A stretch of 64,000 bases of DNA, taken from contig JAYZEG010000030.1 in the NCBI GenBank assembly GCA_036337435.1, forward strand, positions 38,424 to 102,423, read 5' to 3'. The translations under genes were made by a program, and so were the position numbers. Positions 9,114 to 18,746 of this stretch are shown here, in pieces. The first letter of the stretch is position 1, and each line of letters starts with the position of its first letter. The notes under the pieces are model-generated. The model ran no database searches. It had not been told where the DNA came from and worked only from the letters and a program-made list of their open reading frames with translations. The DNA is from Myxococcota bacterium (GTDB lineage: Bacteria > Myxococcota_A > Bradymonadia > UBA7976 > UBA1532).

Positions 9114-10514
9114 ATGAGCAGCCAGACATCAGCTTATTCCGGTAACGGACGGCAAGCTTTTGATGAGAGCATCTGGGCGGACGTGCGCGTGACCGCTTCG
9201 AAGACCGCTAAAAAAGTCCAATTCATCGGGGGTTTTAAGCACTCCGACGCCATCTTCAGGTGGTGCGATCAAGAGGCTGGACTCAAGGTCTTGGGCTTTG
9301 GATGTTTCGCGATTTCAACATCGGCAGATGCGTTCCAGCAGCCCTTGGAGTTTGTCATCGGTGGCGTGCATGTAGATGCCGACGATTTGTTTACATACAT
9401 CAAAACAAAACTAGACGAGTCTCTATGGGCGATGCCCATCGGGTTCTTTGCACTGCGTTTTGATTCAGAGCGAGACAGTCAATCGAGCCTGTGGTGTGAG
9501 TGGCCGGCTGCAATCGTTCAAATTCCCGAACAGATCATTGTCGAAAAAGAGGGCCGAGAGACAGTCGATATCAGATTTGAATTAGTCAGCCAGTCACATC
9601 CACTTGCCAATGGAAACAACAAATCCGTGACAACACGCAGCGAGCGACAGTTCGAATGCACTCGCTGGAGTTCGAACCAAAAGTGGGACGAAGCCGAGGA
9701 CAGCACTCATTTTCAGGACAGGGTGTTCGCCGTTGAGGCGGCCTGTCGCAATGAACTCGTTGATAAAATTGTTTTGGCTCGTAGTGCCAGTGTGCGCTGC
9801 GAACCACAGCAGAGCTTTTGTCCTCAGAAAACGTACGACGCCCTCGTTGATAAACATCCGAAAACGACCGTCTTTTCCATCCGACGAGGCAGTCAGCATT
9901 TCATGGGAGCAACGCCCGAGACGCTCGTGAGGGTCACGGGGTATGAAGTTACGACCCATGCGTTGGCTGGCACCGCGACCCATGATCCAGAGGCCATGCT
10001 GGTCGATGACAAAATACGAAGAGAACACGCCTACGTTGTCGGCGAGATTCAGTCGGGGCTCGAACCCCTGTGTGATGCATTGCAGATCGAACCGGCACCG
10101 AGCATTCGACCGGCCAATCATTTGTTTCATCTTCAAACCAAGTTGGTCGGCGTCCCCAAGGCTGGGTATTCGATTTTCGACTTTGTTCGCGCGCTCCATC
10201 CGACGCCCGCGCTCTGCGGGTTGCCGAGACAAGATTCAATGTCGTGGTTACGGAAAACCGAACCTCTGGACCGTGGTTTTTTTGGCGGGCCCGTGGGTCT
10301 TTTCGATGCATCGGGCCAAAATGGGACCTGCGCTGTTGCAATTCGCTCGGGGTTGCTCGGCCTAAACCAAGCCGTTGGGTTCGCAGGCGCAGGCATCGTG
10401 AGCGGCTCGAATCCAGTGGAAGAGTGGACAGAAACGGAAGCGAAATTAGACGCGTTCAGGTCGGCTCTTCGCACGATGAAGCGGCCGGATTCAGAGGACG
10501 CGGTGCGACAATGA
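9114..10514 (+). CDS. menF: Isochorismate synthase
   Basis: KIVLAR, GATPE, ALAGT, LHPTPA, AGAGIV, ETEAK; heads the men cluster. Confidence 0.9.
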   Translation: MSSQTSAYSGNGRQAFDESIWADVRVTASKTAKKVQFIGGFKHSDAIFRWCDQEAGLKVLGFGCFAISTSADAFQQPLEFVIGGVHVDADDLFTYIKTKLDESLWAMPIGFFALRFDSERDSQSSLWCEWPAAIVQIPEQIIVEKEGRETVDIRFELVSQSHPLANGNNKSVTTRSERQFECTRWSSNQKWDEAEDSTHFQDRVFAVEAACRNELVDKIVLARSASVRCEPQQSFCPQKTYDALVDKHPKTTVFSIRRGSQHFMGATPETLVRVTGYEVTTHALAGTATHDPEAMLVDDKIRREHAYVVGEIQSGLEPLCDALQIEPAPSIRPANHLFHLQTKLVGVPKAGYSIFDFVRALHPTPALCGLPRQDSMSWLRKTEPLDRGFFGGPVGLFDASGQNGTCAVAIRSGLLGLNQAVGFAGAGIVSGSNPVEEWTETEAKLDAFRSALRTMKRPDSEDAVRQ

Positions 10515-12259
10515 ATACGGCAGCCCTGCGTCCGATGAACCAAGCCTGGGCCAACGCATGGATCAGTGCAGCAATCATCGCTGAAATCGTCGAACAAGGC
10601 GTTAAACTCGCCGTTTTATCGCCAGGGTCACGCAACACACCCTTGGCCCTGGCACTGGCTGATTGCCCACAGGTTGAAGTTAAAGTGGTTCTCGATGAGA
10701 GGAGTGCCGGATTTTTTGCGCTGGGCGTCGCAAGAGCCAGCCAGCGACCCGTTGTCCTCGCCTGTACGTCGGGGAGCGCATTAGCCAATTATTATCCAGC
10801 GGTTGTCGAGGCTTTTCACAGTGAAATACCGCTTGTCTTGCTGACGGCCGATCGACCGAGTGAATTACAAGGTCGCGGTGCGCCGCAGACGATGAAACAG
10901 CCTGGTTTTTTTGGTTCATTCGCCAAAGTTTGTATGGCGATTGATGCGCCCGAGCCAGAGGCTCCGGTCAACCTGGATAGGTTAAGTGATCTTGGGTTTG
11001 CGATTCGCACGGCCAGAACAGCGCCGCAAGGACCCGTCCATGTGAATTGTGGTTTCCGGAAGCCATTGTGGGATCCGCAGACCGAACGGCAGGTCATCAA
11101 GGTTCCAAAAAGGGACTATGAGCAAATCATTCGGGATACGACCGAGCAGATGACGGATGCTTTTGTTGACCTCGTGGCGCGTTCAACCAAGGGCGTATTT
11201 GTTTGCGGTCCAGACGCTTTTAAGTCGTCGGGTGACGCGTCCAAATTATACGAGTTGGCGGACGGATTAGGGTGGCCGGTTCTTGCTGAAGCGTCGTCCG
11301 GAGCACGATATGGCCACTCACATTCGTCATTGTTCACACACTATGACGCGGCATTCAGAACGCCTCATGCGATACCCGAACCCGACTGCATTGTCAGATT
11401 TGGTCGGGCTTGTACATCGCAGTGGCTCGCCAATTGGATCAGGGACTGTGAACATGCGGCTTGGATTGTCATTCATGATGGGCAAACATGCGTTGATCCA
11501 GAGCGACACCACGACCATTACTTCGAGGTGTCGCCGGCCATATTGGTGGACAAAGTTGTGGCGAGACGTTTTCGTACGGCAGCAGACCCCGATTGGTTAA
11601 GCCAATGGACCCAACTTGAGACAACGTGTCAATCGGCTTTGGACCGAGACGATTTAGACTTATTCTGGGAAGGCTCTGTCGCCTCGATCTGCGTAGAACA
11701 CCAACCAAATGGGTCTGCGATTCATGTTGCCAATAGTATGCCGATTCGTGACCTGGACGCCTTTGGCGGTCGCACTGAGTCTGAGCTGACAATATTTGTG
11801 AATCGAGGCCTGAACGGAATCGATGGCACCATTGCCACCGCAGTGGGTGAACAAGTTGGGCTGGCTGATGCGCGCCTGCTTCTACTCGTCGGAGATTTAG
11901 CGTTCCGACACGATGCCAATAGTCTTGCCTTGTGCCGTGATACCAAGCTCACGATCGTGGTCAATGATAATGGCGGCGGCCAAATTTTTCGATTTCTTCC
12001 AATCAGCGAACATAAACGGGTGTTCGAAGAGCTTTTCCTGACCCCGTCGAAAATCGAAGTGGAGGCTCTTTGTCGCGGCTACGGTCTGCGCTGCACGATC
12101 GTCGAGACAAACGATGAACTCAAAACTGCATTGGCGAACGAACAAGATAAAAGCGACTCGGGCGTCATCATCGCGCGCATTGACCCCGAATTAAATTACA
12201 AGCAGCACCACGCGATGTGGCAGCGCGTCCGAGACCAATTGGCCGAGTCAAGCCCATGA
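10511..12259 (+). CDS. menD: SEPHCHC synthase (ThDP-dependent)
   Basis: SPGSRNTPL, DERSAGFFALG, CTSGSA, NSMPIRD, NRGLNGIDG, GDLAF...NDNGGG; ATG 10511 overlaps the menF TGA. Confidence 0.96.
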   Translation: MNTAALRPMNQAWANAWISAAIIAEIVEQGVKLAVLSPGSRNTPLALALADCPQVEVKVVLDERSAGFFALGVARASQRPVVLACTSGSALANYYPAVVEAFHSEIPLVLLTADRPSELQGRGAPQTMKQPGFFGSFAKVCMAIDAPEPEAPVNLDRLSDLGFAIRTARTAPQGPVHVNCGFRKPLWDPQTERQVIKVPKRDYEQIIRDTTEQMTDAFVDLVARSTKGVFVCGPDAFKSSGDASKLYELADGLGWPVLAEASSGARYGHSHSSLFTHYDAAFRTPHAIPEPDCIVRFGRACTSQWLANWIRDCEHAAWIVIHDGQTCVDPERHHDHYFEVSPAILVDKVVARRFRTAADPDWLSQWTQLETTCQSALDRDDLDLFWEGSVASICVEHQPNGSAIHVANSMPIRDLDAFGGRTESELTIFVNRGLNGIDGTIATAVGEQVGLADARLLLLVGDLAFRHDANSLALCRDTKLTIVVNDNGGGQIFRFLPISEHKRVFEELFLTPSKIEVEALCRGYGLRCTIVETNDELKTALANEQDKSDSGVIIARIDPELNYKQHHAMWQRVRDQLAESSP

Positions 12260-13155
12260 CTGCAAATCAAGGACATACCCTGACCAAGGCCCAGATCTGG
12301 GTGTCAGCGATTAGACCCGCAACATTATGGGCCGGTGCCGTGCCTGTTTTCGTTGGGGCAGCCTTAGCCGCGGCGGCTGGATACGGGCCTGGTACGAGTT
12401 CGATTTTGGCATTGGTCGGTGCGCTCTTAATCCAGGTCGGCACAAACCTGGTCAACGACTATGCGGATTTTAAAACCGGTGCAGATGGTCCAGACCGACT
12501 CGGTCCCAAGAGGGCAACCTCTGAAGGTTGGCTCAAACCAAGACAGGTTCTCGCTGCCGCACTCATCACACTGCTATGCGCTGGGGCCGTTGGTGTCTAT
12601 CTCAGTACAATCGGCGGGGCTCCAATCCTTGTTCTTGGGATCGTCAGCATCGTCTGTGCTGTCGCGTATACGGCAGGCCCTGTGCCACTGGCGTATGTGG
12701 GTTTGGGCGATGTCTTCGTGCTCGCTTTCTTTGGAGTCGCTGCCGTCGCGGGAACGTTTTACTTGGAGACAGGCTTTCTGGATGTTGGGTCGGTCATCGC
12801 AGGTCTCATCATCGGGGCTTTAGCCACGATGATTCTCGTCGTCAACAACCTTCGAGATCGTGTTGGCGACAAACGGGTCGGAAAGCGAACTCTGGCGGTC
12901 CGGTTTGGCCCTCGGTTTACTCGGATTCAGTATCTGGCTCTTTGTATCGCCGCGTACGCGCTGACCGTATATGGCGTTTATACAGAGCTGTTCAGCCAAT
13001 GGACGTATTTGGTCGGTATGACCATCCCATTGGCTGTCTCAGAGTGCCGTGCTGTGTTGAAAAAAGATGGGCAGGACTTGAACCCCCATCTGGGTGGTGC
13101 TGCCAAATTAGAATTGGCGTTCGGTTTGTTGTTCTGCGTTGGAGTCGTCATATGA
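12256..13155 (+). CDS. menA: 1,4-dihydroxy-2-naphthoate polyprenyltransferase
   Basis: NDYADF..GAD, NNLRD...D...GKRTLAVR, multiple TM helices; ATGA overlap. Confidence 0.96.
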   Translation: MTANQGHTLTKAQIWVSAIRPATLWAGAVPVFVGAALAAAAGYGPGTSSILALVGALLIQVGTNLVNDYADFKTGADGPDRLGPKRATSEGWLKPRQVLAAALITLLCAGAVGVYLSTIGGAPILVLGIVSIVCAVAYTAGPVPLAYVGLGDVFVLAFFGVAAVAGTFYLETGFLDVGSVIAGLIIGALATMILVVNNLRDRVGDKRVGKRTLAVRFGPRFTRIQYLALCIAAYALTVYGVYTELFSQWTYLVGMTIPLAVSECRAVLKKDGQDLNPHLGGAAKLELAFGLLFCVGVVI

Positions 13156-14162
13156 CGTTATCTGTCGACAGCATTCGCTTCAAACCATACGACGTCGACT
13201 TGGACCGGGCAGTTCGGAAGACTGTTTTTGGCGATAAGCCTCGCCGGTGTTGGCACGTTTGCACTCGGACCATCGAAGGACAGACCGGTTGGGGTGATAT
13301 TGCTCCTTGGCCTGGATTTAGCGAGTCTGCAACCGAAATAGACCGTCGCATCCATCAACTTGAAACGTCTATCTCTCCGGTTCAATTCGAACAGATTGCG
13401 GACATGGAAATCTGGCTGGACGGGCTGGACTTGGAGCCTGTCATTCGCTTCGGACTCGAACTGTCATTTTTGGATCTGTTTGCTCAACAACGAGGCGTTC
13501 CGATTGCAGCACTTCTCGATCCAAACTATGCCACCGAACTGTCGATTCATGCGTTGGTGGACAGTGCTGAGACAGCCGTCAGCTCTGTTGAAGCGGGAGC
13601 GGACGCCATTAAAGTTAAACTCAGTGACACTTGGCGCAAAGACGTCGAACGCATTCGAGACATCCGACAGGCGGTTCCGCTGGCGAAAATTCGGATCGAT
13701 GCCAACGGGGCGTGGCCGGAGCGGCTCGCGAAAAAACGAGTCAGAGAGCTCAGCGAACTGGGTGTAGACATCATCGAACAACCTGTGTCAGGAGAAGATA
13801 TTGACGGTTTAAAAGCGGTTGCATCAACCTGCGAGATGACCCTCTCGGCTGATGAATCGGTTTGCGTCGATGCTGAGGCTGTCCTTGCCATTGACGCGCT
13901 CAATGAAATCGTTTTGAAACCCATGTATTTGGGTGGACTCGTGCCCTCGTACGAACTGGCCCAGAAAGCCTATCGGCGTGGGTTGAAGGTCTGCGTCACT
14001 CACGCTCTGGAATCCAAAATCGGTCGAACTGGCGCAGCTCACCTAGCCGCCGCATCCGACGCGCTCAAGCCGGCAACCCATGGCATCTCCGGAGCCTGGA
14101 ATCGGTCAGCAATGGAGATCATGGTGCCAAGAACCCCAGGCCTTGGAGTCTCCGTCCAATGA
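13152..14162 (+). CDS. menC: o-succinylbenzoate synthase (enolase superfamily)
   Basis: KVK, DANG, EQP, DES and LKP motifs; ATGA overlap with menA. Confidence 0.88.
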   Translation: MTLSVDSIRFKPYDVDLDRAVRKTVFGDKPRRCWHVCTRTIEGQTGWGDIAPWPGFSESATEIDRRIHQLETSISPVQFEQIADMEIWLDGLDLEPVIRFGLELSFLDLFAQQRGVPIAALLDPNYATELSIHALVDSAETAVSSVEAGADAIKVKLSDTWRKDVERIRDIRQAVPLAKIRIDANGAWPERLAKKRVRELSELGVDIIEQPVSGEDIDGLKAVASTCEMTLSADESVCVDAEAVLAIDALNEIVLKPMYLGGLVPSYELAQKAYRRGLKVCVTHALESKIGRTGAAHLAAASDALKPATHGISGAWNRSAMEIMVPRTPGLGVSVQ

Positions 14163-15949
14163 CCACTTGGCTACCACACCCCCTCTACCAAGCCGCCCAA
14201 GCGCATCCAAATCGCATTGCGATTCGCGAAGGGATAGCCGCACTCACATATGGACAACTCCTGTCCCGAGTGGCCGCGCGCGGCGATGTCCTGCGAGCGA
14301 GTGGTGTTGACGGCGGGGCCGTGGTTGGTTTGAGAGGCCAACAAAACCTGGATTGGTTGATTAACTTTCACGCCATAGGATGGTGCAATGCCGCGGTTTT
14401 TCCGATAGGCGAGGACCTGCATTTGACCGATGGGGAGTTACGCGAACTCAATGTCACTCAGGTGATCGAGAGTCGGAAACAGGCAACAACCGACAATGTT
14501 GAGGGGACATCTGAGCCAGTCTTCGCGCCGCGGTGGCATCTAGATGAACTCAGGCTGCTGATCGCAACGACTGGAAGCACAGGGCGTCCAAAAGTTATAC
14601 CGCTCACGACTGGACAGCTCTTTTTCAGTGCGATGGGATCAGCCATTCGCCTTGGGCATCAACTCGACGATAACTGGCTGATGTGTCTACCGGCCCACCA
14701 TATCGGTGGAGCGTCGATTCTGCTGAGAGCAGCCTGGTACGGGATCAGCGCGGAGATTTGTCTCCCATTCGAAGTACACCGGGTCGCCGAGCGTCTCCGC
14801 TCGGGCGAGGTAACAATGGTGTCATTGGTGCCCACCATGCTGAGTCGCTTGGTACGACTTCATGACGGGACAAGCCTCCCGTCCAGACTTCGTTGCGTGC
14901 TCGTCGGCGGGGCCCATTGTTCGACCTCATTGCAGGACGCAGCGCTCAAAGCCGGTCTCCCTGTGCTTTTGACTTGGGGTATGACTGAATGCGCCTCGCA
15001 GGCAGCAACACAGTCACCCGGCCAAAATCCAGTCACTCACGATTGTGGGTCTCCGATGCCATTCACAGTTGTCTCGACCGAAGATAAGCGACTTAGGATT
15101 GACGGACCGACCTGTCCCGGCGGCCTACTAACCCGCGACCTTGGAGACATCGAGAACGGCCGAGTTCGTGTGGATGGCAGATGCGATACAGTTTTGATTA
15201 GTGGAGGAAAAAAAATCCAACCACAATCAGTTGAGTGCATCTTCCAACAGCACGAAAGCATCAATTCCTGTGTGATTATCGGACTGAACGATGAGCAGTG
15301 GGGCCAAACCGTCTGCCTGTGCGTAGAACTCAACGCAGACTACGATTTCTCGACCGAGCTGGAACACCTGGTGCGACTGGGACGCTCGAAACTGAAAAAG
15401 CATGAGATTCCGAAAGTGTGGGTTCAGGTACCCAAAATGCCGACCAATTCGGTTGGCAAAGTGGATCGAACTCAGCTTCGAGCCAACTTAGGGCTTGACC
15501 ATGCCGATCCCGACGAGCTGGTCGATGAACTGAGGTGGACATTCAGTCGGCTTGAAAGCTGGGAAGGCAACGAAAGCGTGTTTCTGGCGGACGACACAAC
15601 GCACTTTTCCGTCAAGAAGTCCGGAAATGGAACACTTGAATGTAATGGATCTTTGAGTCAGGCGCTCAATCTCCATGGTGGCAACCAAACGCTCGCCTCT
15701 GCGCATGGGTTGGTTAAACGCCGAATCGGCAAAGACGAGGGGCAAACCAACTCCAGCGGAGTCGAAAACATGGTCGAAGTCGCCAAAGGCAGCAGTGAGC
15801 ATTTCTTCGAAACACACGTGGGCATACTCGAAGGCGCGACCATAGAAAACGATCCCGGCGCGGTCGACCTCGTGGAATCGGGGCGTGAATTCGTGTTTGA
15901 AGGACATAAGCAAATACCCAACGGTCATGAGGCTGATCAGAATGACTAA
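14159..15949 (+). CDS. menE: o-succinylbenzoate-CoA ligase with a ~153-aa C-terminal extension
   Basis: TTGSTGRPK, WGMTE, TRDLG, ISGG, GKVDR. Recognisable MenE ends near 15490 but the frame has no stop until 15947-15949. Confidence 0.9.
   Translation: MTTWLPHPLYQAAQAHPNRIAIREGIAALTYGQLLSRVAARGDVLRASGVDGGAVVGLRGQQNLDWLINFHAIGWCNAAVFPIGEDLHLTDGELRELNVTQVIESRKQATTDNVEGTSEPVFAPRWHLDELRLLIATTGSTGRPKVIPLTTGQLFFSAMGSAIRLGHQLDDNWLMCLPAHHIGGASILLRAAWYGISAEICLPFEVHRVAERLRSGEVTMVSLVPTMLSRLVRLHDGTSLPSRLRCVLVGGAHCSTSLQDAALKAGLPVLLTWGMTECASQAATQSPGQNPVTHDCGSPMPFTVVSTEDKRLRIDGPTCPGGLLTRDLGDIENGRVRVDGRCDTVLISGGKKIQPQSVECIFQQHESINSCVIIGLNDEQWGQTVCLCVELNADYDFSTELEHLVRLGRSKLKKHEIPKVWVQVPKMPTNSVGKVDRTQLRANLGLDHADPDELVDELRWTFSRLESWEGNESVFLADDTTHFSVKKSGNGTLECNGSLSQALNLHGGNQTLASAHGLVKRRIGKDEGQTNSSGVENMVEVAKGSSEHFFETHVGILEGATIENDPGAVDLVESGREFVFEGHKQIPNGHEADQND
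15488..15907 (-). CDS. Hot-dog fold acyl-CoA thioesterase (4HBT class), probable DHNA-CoA hydrolase
   Basis: MSFKHEFTPRFHEVDRAGIVFY...CFEEML...LPLVFADSAFNQPMRRGE, 139 aa; nested antisense within menE. Confidence 0.88.
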   Translation of the reverse strand: MSFKHEFTPRFHEVDRAGIVFYGRAFEYAHVCFEEMLTAAFGDFDHVFDSAGVGLPLVFADSAFNQPMRRGERLVATMEIERLTQRSITFKCSISGLLDGKVRCVVRQKHAFVAFPAFKPTECPPQFIDQLVGIGMVKP

Positions 15950-17033
15950 GCAAAGTACATTTCGGGTGAAGTTGGCTGAACAACCAGCCAAAACAGATCC
16001 GGTGCTTACGACACTGGCATCAACAACACAACGAAATCAAGCCGATGAGGTGTCCAAGCGACTCATCGAACTGAGGGATTGGCTGGCCGATGACCTCTAC
16101 GAACTTGAGAAAGATATGGGGACCGTGGTGGCAGACCCCGGCAAAGATCTTGCTTGGAAGGCGGTGCAGTATCTACTGCACAAGGCAGGAAAGCGAGTTC
16201 GCCCTATCTGCACCCTGTTGGCAGCACGGATGGGTGATAGACCGTTCGATGAGGATGTCAAACAGGTGGCCATCGCCGCCGAGTTAGTACACTCTGCAAC
16301 GCTCCTGCATGACGATGTTATTGACCAAGGCGAAGAGCGTCGCGGCCATCCGACGGCCCGGATGGTTTATGGCAATTCAGCGAGCGTCTTGGGTGGTGAC
16401 CATTTACTGGTAGACGCATTGAGACGTGTAAATACAGCCGACTCAAGGTTGGTCTCGTCGCTGCTCGATGTGATCTCGCAGATGGTCCATGCAGAAGCAC
16501 TTCAATTGGATATGAGAAACTGTTTCAAGCCGGATCGGGAGTTGTATCAAGAAGTCGTTCATGGCAAGACTGCGGCTCTGTTCCAATGGGCTTTGGAAGC
16601 CGGTGCTCTTTTGGGTCATTTAAACGAGCAACAAATCAGCTTGTTGAGCGACGTTGGAGTCAATCTTGGGATGACATTTCAGTTGGTAGACGACAAGCTC
16701 GACTTGTGCGGAGATCCAACAGAGACCGGCAAAGATACCTGTCTCGATTTGAGAGAAGGAAAGTTGACCTGGCCAATGATTCTCGCAGCGGAACGATCGC
16801 CACAATTACTGCTTCAATTGAGGCAATATGCCAGCGCGACGACAGACCCTTCGCGAGCGGATGCAAAACGTCTCGTGGAGGCGATTGCCGCGACCGGTGC
16901 CATCGAGGCGACCCATGCGCGTGCCGCAGCCTTTGCCGACAAAGCACTAGACTCACTGAGGAAACTGCCTGACGGTCCATCTCGCTCTGCGCTAAAGGCT
17001 GTGATTCATACAGCCCTTGAACGGTCGAGGTAA
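15942..17033 (+). CDS. Trans-polyprenyl diphosphate synthase (IspB/HepT type)
   Basis: GKRVRP, LLHDDVID...RRG, GKTA, FQLVDD; probable ATG 15942 overlaps the menE TAA (ATGACTAA). Confidence 0.93.
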   Translation: MTKQSTFRVKLAEQPAKTDPVLTTLASTTQRNQADEVSKRLIELRDWLADDLYELEKDMGTVVADPGKDLAWKAVQYLLHKAGKRVRPICTLLAARMGDRPFDEDVKQVAIAAELVHSATLLHDDVIDQGEERRGHPTARMVYGNSASVLGGDHLLVDALRRVNTADSRLVSSLLDVISQMVHAEALQLDMRNCFKPDRELYQEVVHGKTAALFQWALEAGALLGHLNEQQISLLSDVGVNLGMTFQLVDDKLDLCGDPTETGKDTCLDLREGKLTWPMILAAERSPQLLLQLRQYASATTDPSRADAKRLVEAIAATGAIEATHARAAAFADKALDSLRKLPDGPSRSALKAVIHTALERSR

Positions 17034-17038
17034 AGCCC

Positions 17039-18025
17039 ATGCTGATCAACTTAAAACCGACAGCCGATACGAATTCGGTAAAGCAAACGCTGACGGGCTT
17101 TGGTCTTTGGCTCGAGACACTTCTCGACCAAGACGGTGCCGCCACTGGCTTCATCGTGAAGGGCTATTCAACCCCTGTCGACCCACAAAAAATCGCATCT
17201 TTGGATGGGGTCAGCGGGGTCTTCAAAACCGAAAGTAGTCACCCAAAGGTCGATGCGAGGTGCCACCAGGTGATCGACTTGGGTGAGCTTCAATTTAGAA
17301 CGACGACACCGACACTGATCGCAGGGCCATGCAGCGTAGACTCAGAAGAACGAATTGAAAGCATCGCAAGCCAGGTTGCACAAGCAGGCGGAAAAGTGTT
17401 GAGGGGTGGGGCTTACAAACCACGAACATCTCCTTATTCCTTTGCTGGATTTGGCAAACCCGCGTTGCAATGGATGAGGCGCGCCGCCGATCGACACGGA
17501 CTGCGTATCGTGACCGAAGTCATGTCGGAACACGATGTGAATACCGTTGCCGACATGACTGATATTGTTCAGGTTGGATCGCGCAACATGCAAAACTTTG
17601 CGCTGTTGAGACAGGTAGGCGAAGCGAGAAAATGCGTCCTCTTGAAACGGGGTCGTTCGGCAACGGTCTCAGAATGGTTGATGGCTGCCGAGTACCTGTA
17701 TGCCAGTGGTGCCGACAGTGTCCTTTTTTGTGAACGGGGCATTCGTGGATTCGATGGCGAAACGAGAAACCTCATCGACTTAGGTGCTGTCGCTCTCCTG
17801 AGCCATCACTATGGGCTTCCAGTTATCGTCGATCCATCTCATGCGGCAGGGCGACGGGATCTGATTGTTCCATTGTCGAAGGCGTCGATCGCGGCTGGTG
17901 CTGTTGGCGTCATGGTCGAGGTTCATCCAGCACCCAGCACCGCCCTATCCGATGGGCCTCAAGCGTTGAGCTACGAAACCTTGAGACAACTCTCAAAATC
18001 TCTGGAACTGGAGTGCATTCAATGA
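17039..18025 (+). CDS. aroF: DAHP synthase type I-beta with N-terminal regulatory domain
   Basis: IAGPCSV, GGAYKPRTSPY, GSRNMQNF, CERGIR, DPSH, SDGPQ. Confidence 0.95.
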   Translation: MLINLKPTADTNSVKQTLTGFGLWLETLLDQDGAATGFIVKGYSTPVDPQKIASLDGVSGVFKTESSHPKVDARCHQVIDLGELQFRTTTPTLIAGPCSVDSEERIESIASQVAQAGGKVLRGGAYKPRTSPYSFAGFGKPALQWMRRAADRHGLRIVTEVMSEHDVNTVADMTDIVQVGSRNMQNFALLRQVGEARKCVLLKRGRSATVSEWLMAAEYLYASGADSVLFCERGIRGFDGETRNLIDLGAVALLSHHYGLPVIVDPSHAAGRRDLIVPLSKASIAAGAVGVMVEVHPAPSTALSDGPQALSYETLRQLSKSLELECIQ

Positions 18026-18726
18026 CAACACAAATGGCGCGAGCTGATGGAAGCGGAGCGATGTTTGATCAGATCGCGAAGCGGTATGACTTGCTCAATC
18101 GGCTGATGAGTTTCGGGATGGACCGTGGCTGGAGAAAGCAGCTGATTGAATCGATGCCAAACGATGGCGAGTTGCTCGATGTCGCCACAGGAACCGCCGA
18201 TGTTGGCCTCGCGCTGGCGAGGGTGCATCCACAAACTCAGGTGATCGGACTCGACCCAAGCCAAGGTATGCTCGACGTCGGGCATTCCAAGATCAAAGCA
18301 CGTAAGTTGGATGATAGAGTGACATTGGTGCTCGGCGATGCCCAAAGTATGGACTTTGAGTCGAATCGATTCAACGGGTGCACCATCGCCTTTGGAATTC
18401 GCAACGTACCCGACCGTTTAAAGGGGCTACAGGAGATGGCTCGGGTCGTCAAACCCGGTGGCGTCGTCTCCATCCTTGAGCTCTCTGAGCCGAAAGGTGG
18501 CCTAATGGCGTTCTTAGCGCGCCTTCATGTACATCATATCGTTCCGATAATGGGCTGGATTCTGTCGGGCAAGAAAGAATACCGCTACTTACAAAAATCG
18601 ATTGCGGCGTTTCCGCCTGCAGATGAGTTTGCGAAGATGATGACCGCGTCAGGCCTGACCGATGTAAAAGTGATTCGGCTGACCTTTGGGGTGGCACATT
18701 TATACATCGGTCGAGTGGCGGGCTGA
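18022..18726 (+). CDS. ubiE: Demethylmenaquinone methyltransferase UbiE/MenG
   Basis: FDQIAKRYDLLN..MSFG, LDVATGTAD, FGIRNV, YRYLQKSI; ATGA overlap with aroF. Confidence 0.95.
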   Translation: MTTQMARADGSGAMFDQIAKRYDLLNRLMSFGMDRGWRKQLIESMPNDGELLDVATGTADVGLALARVHPQTQVIGLDPSQGMLDVGHSKIKARKLDDRVTLVLGDAQSMDFESNRFNGCTIAFGIRNVPDRLKGLQEMARVVKPGGVVSILELSEPKGGLMAFLARLHVHHIVPIMGWILSGKKEYRYLQKSIAAFPPADEFAKMMTASGLTDVKVIRLTFGVAHLYIGRVAG

Positions 18727-18746
18727 CCCCACACTGCACCCAATGC

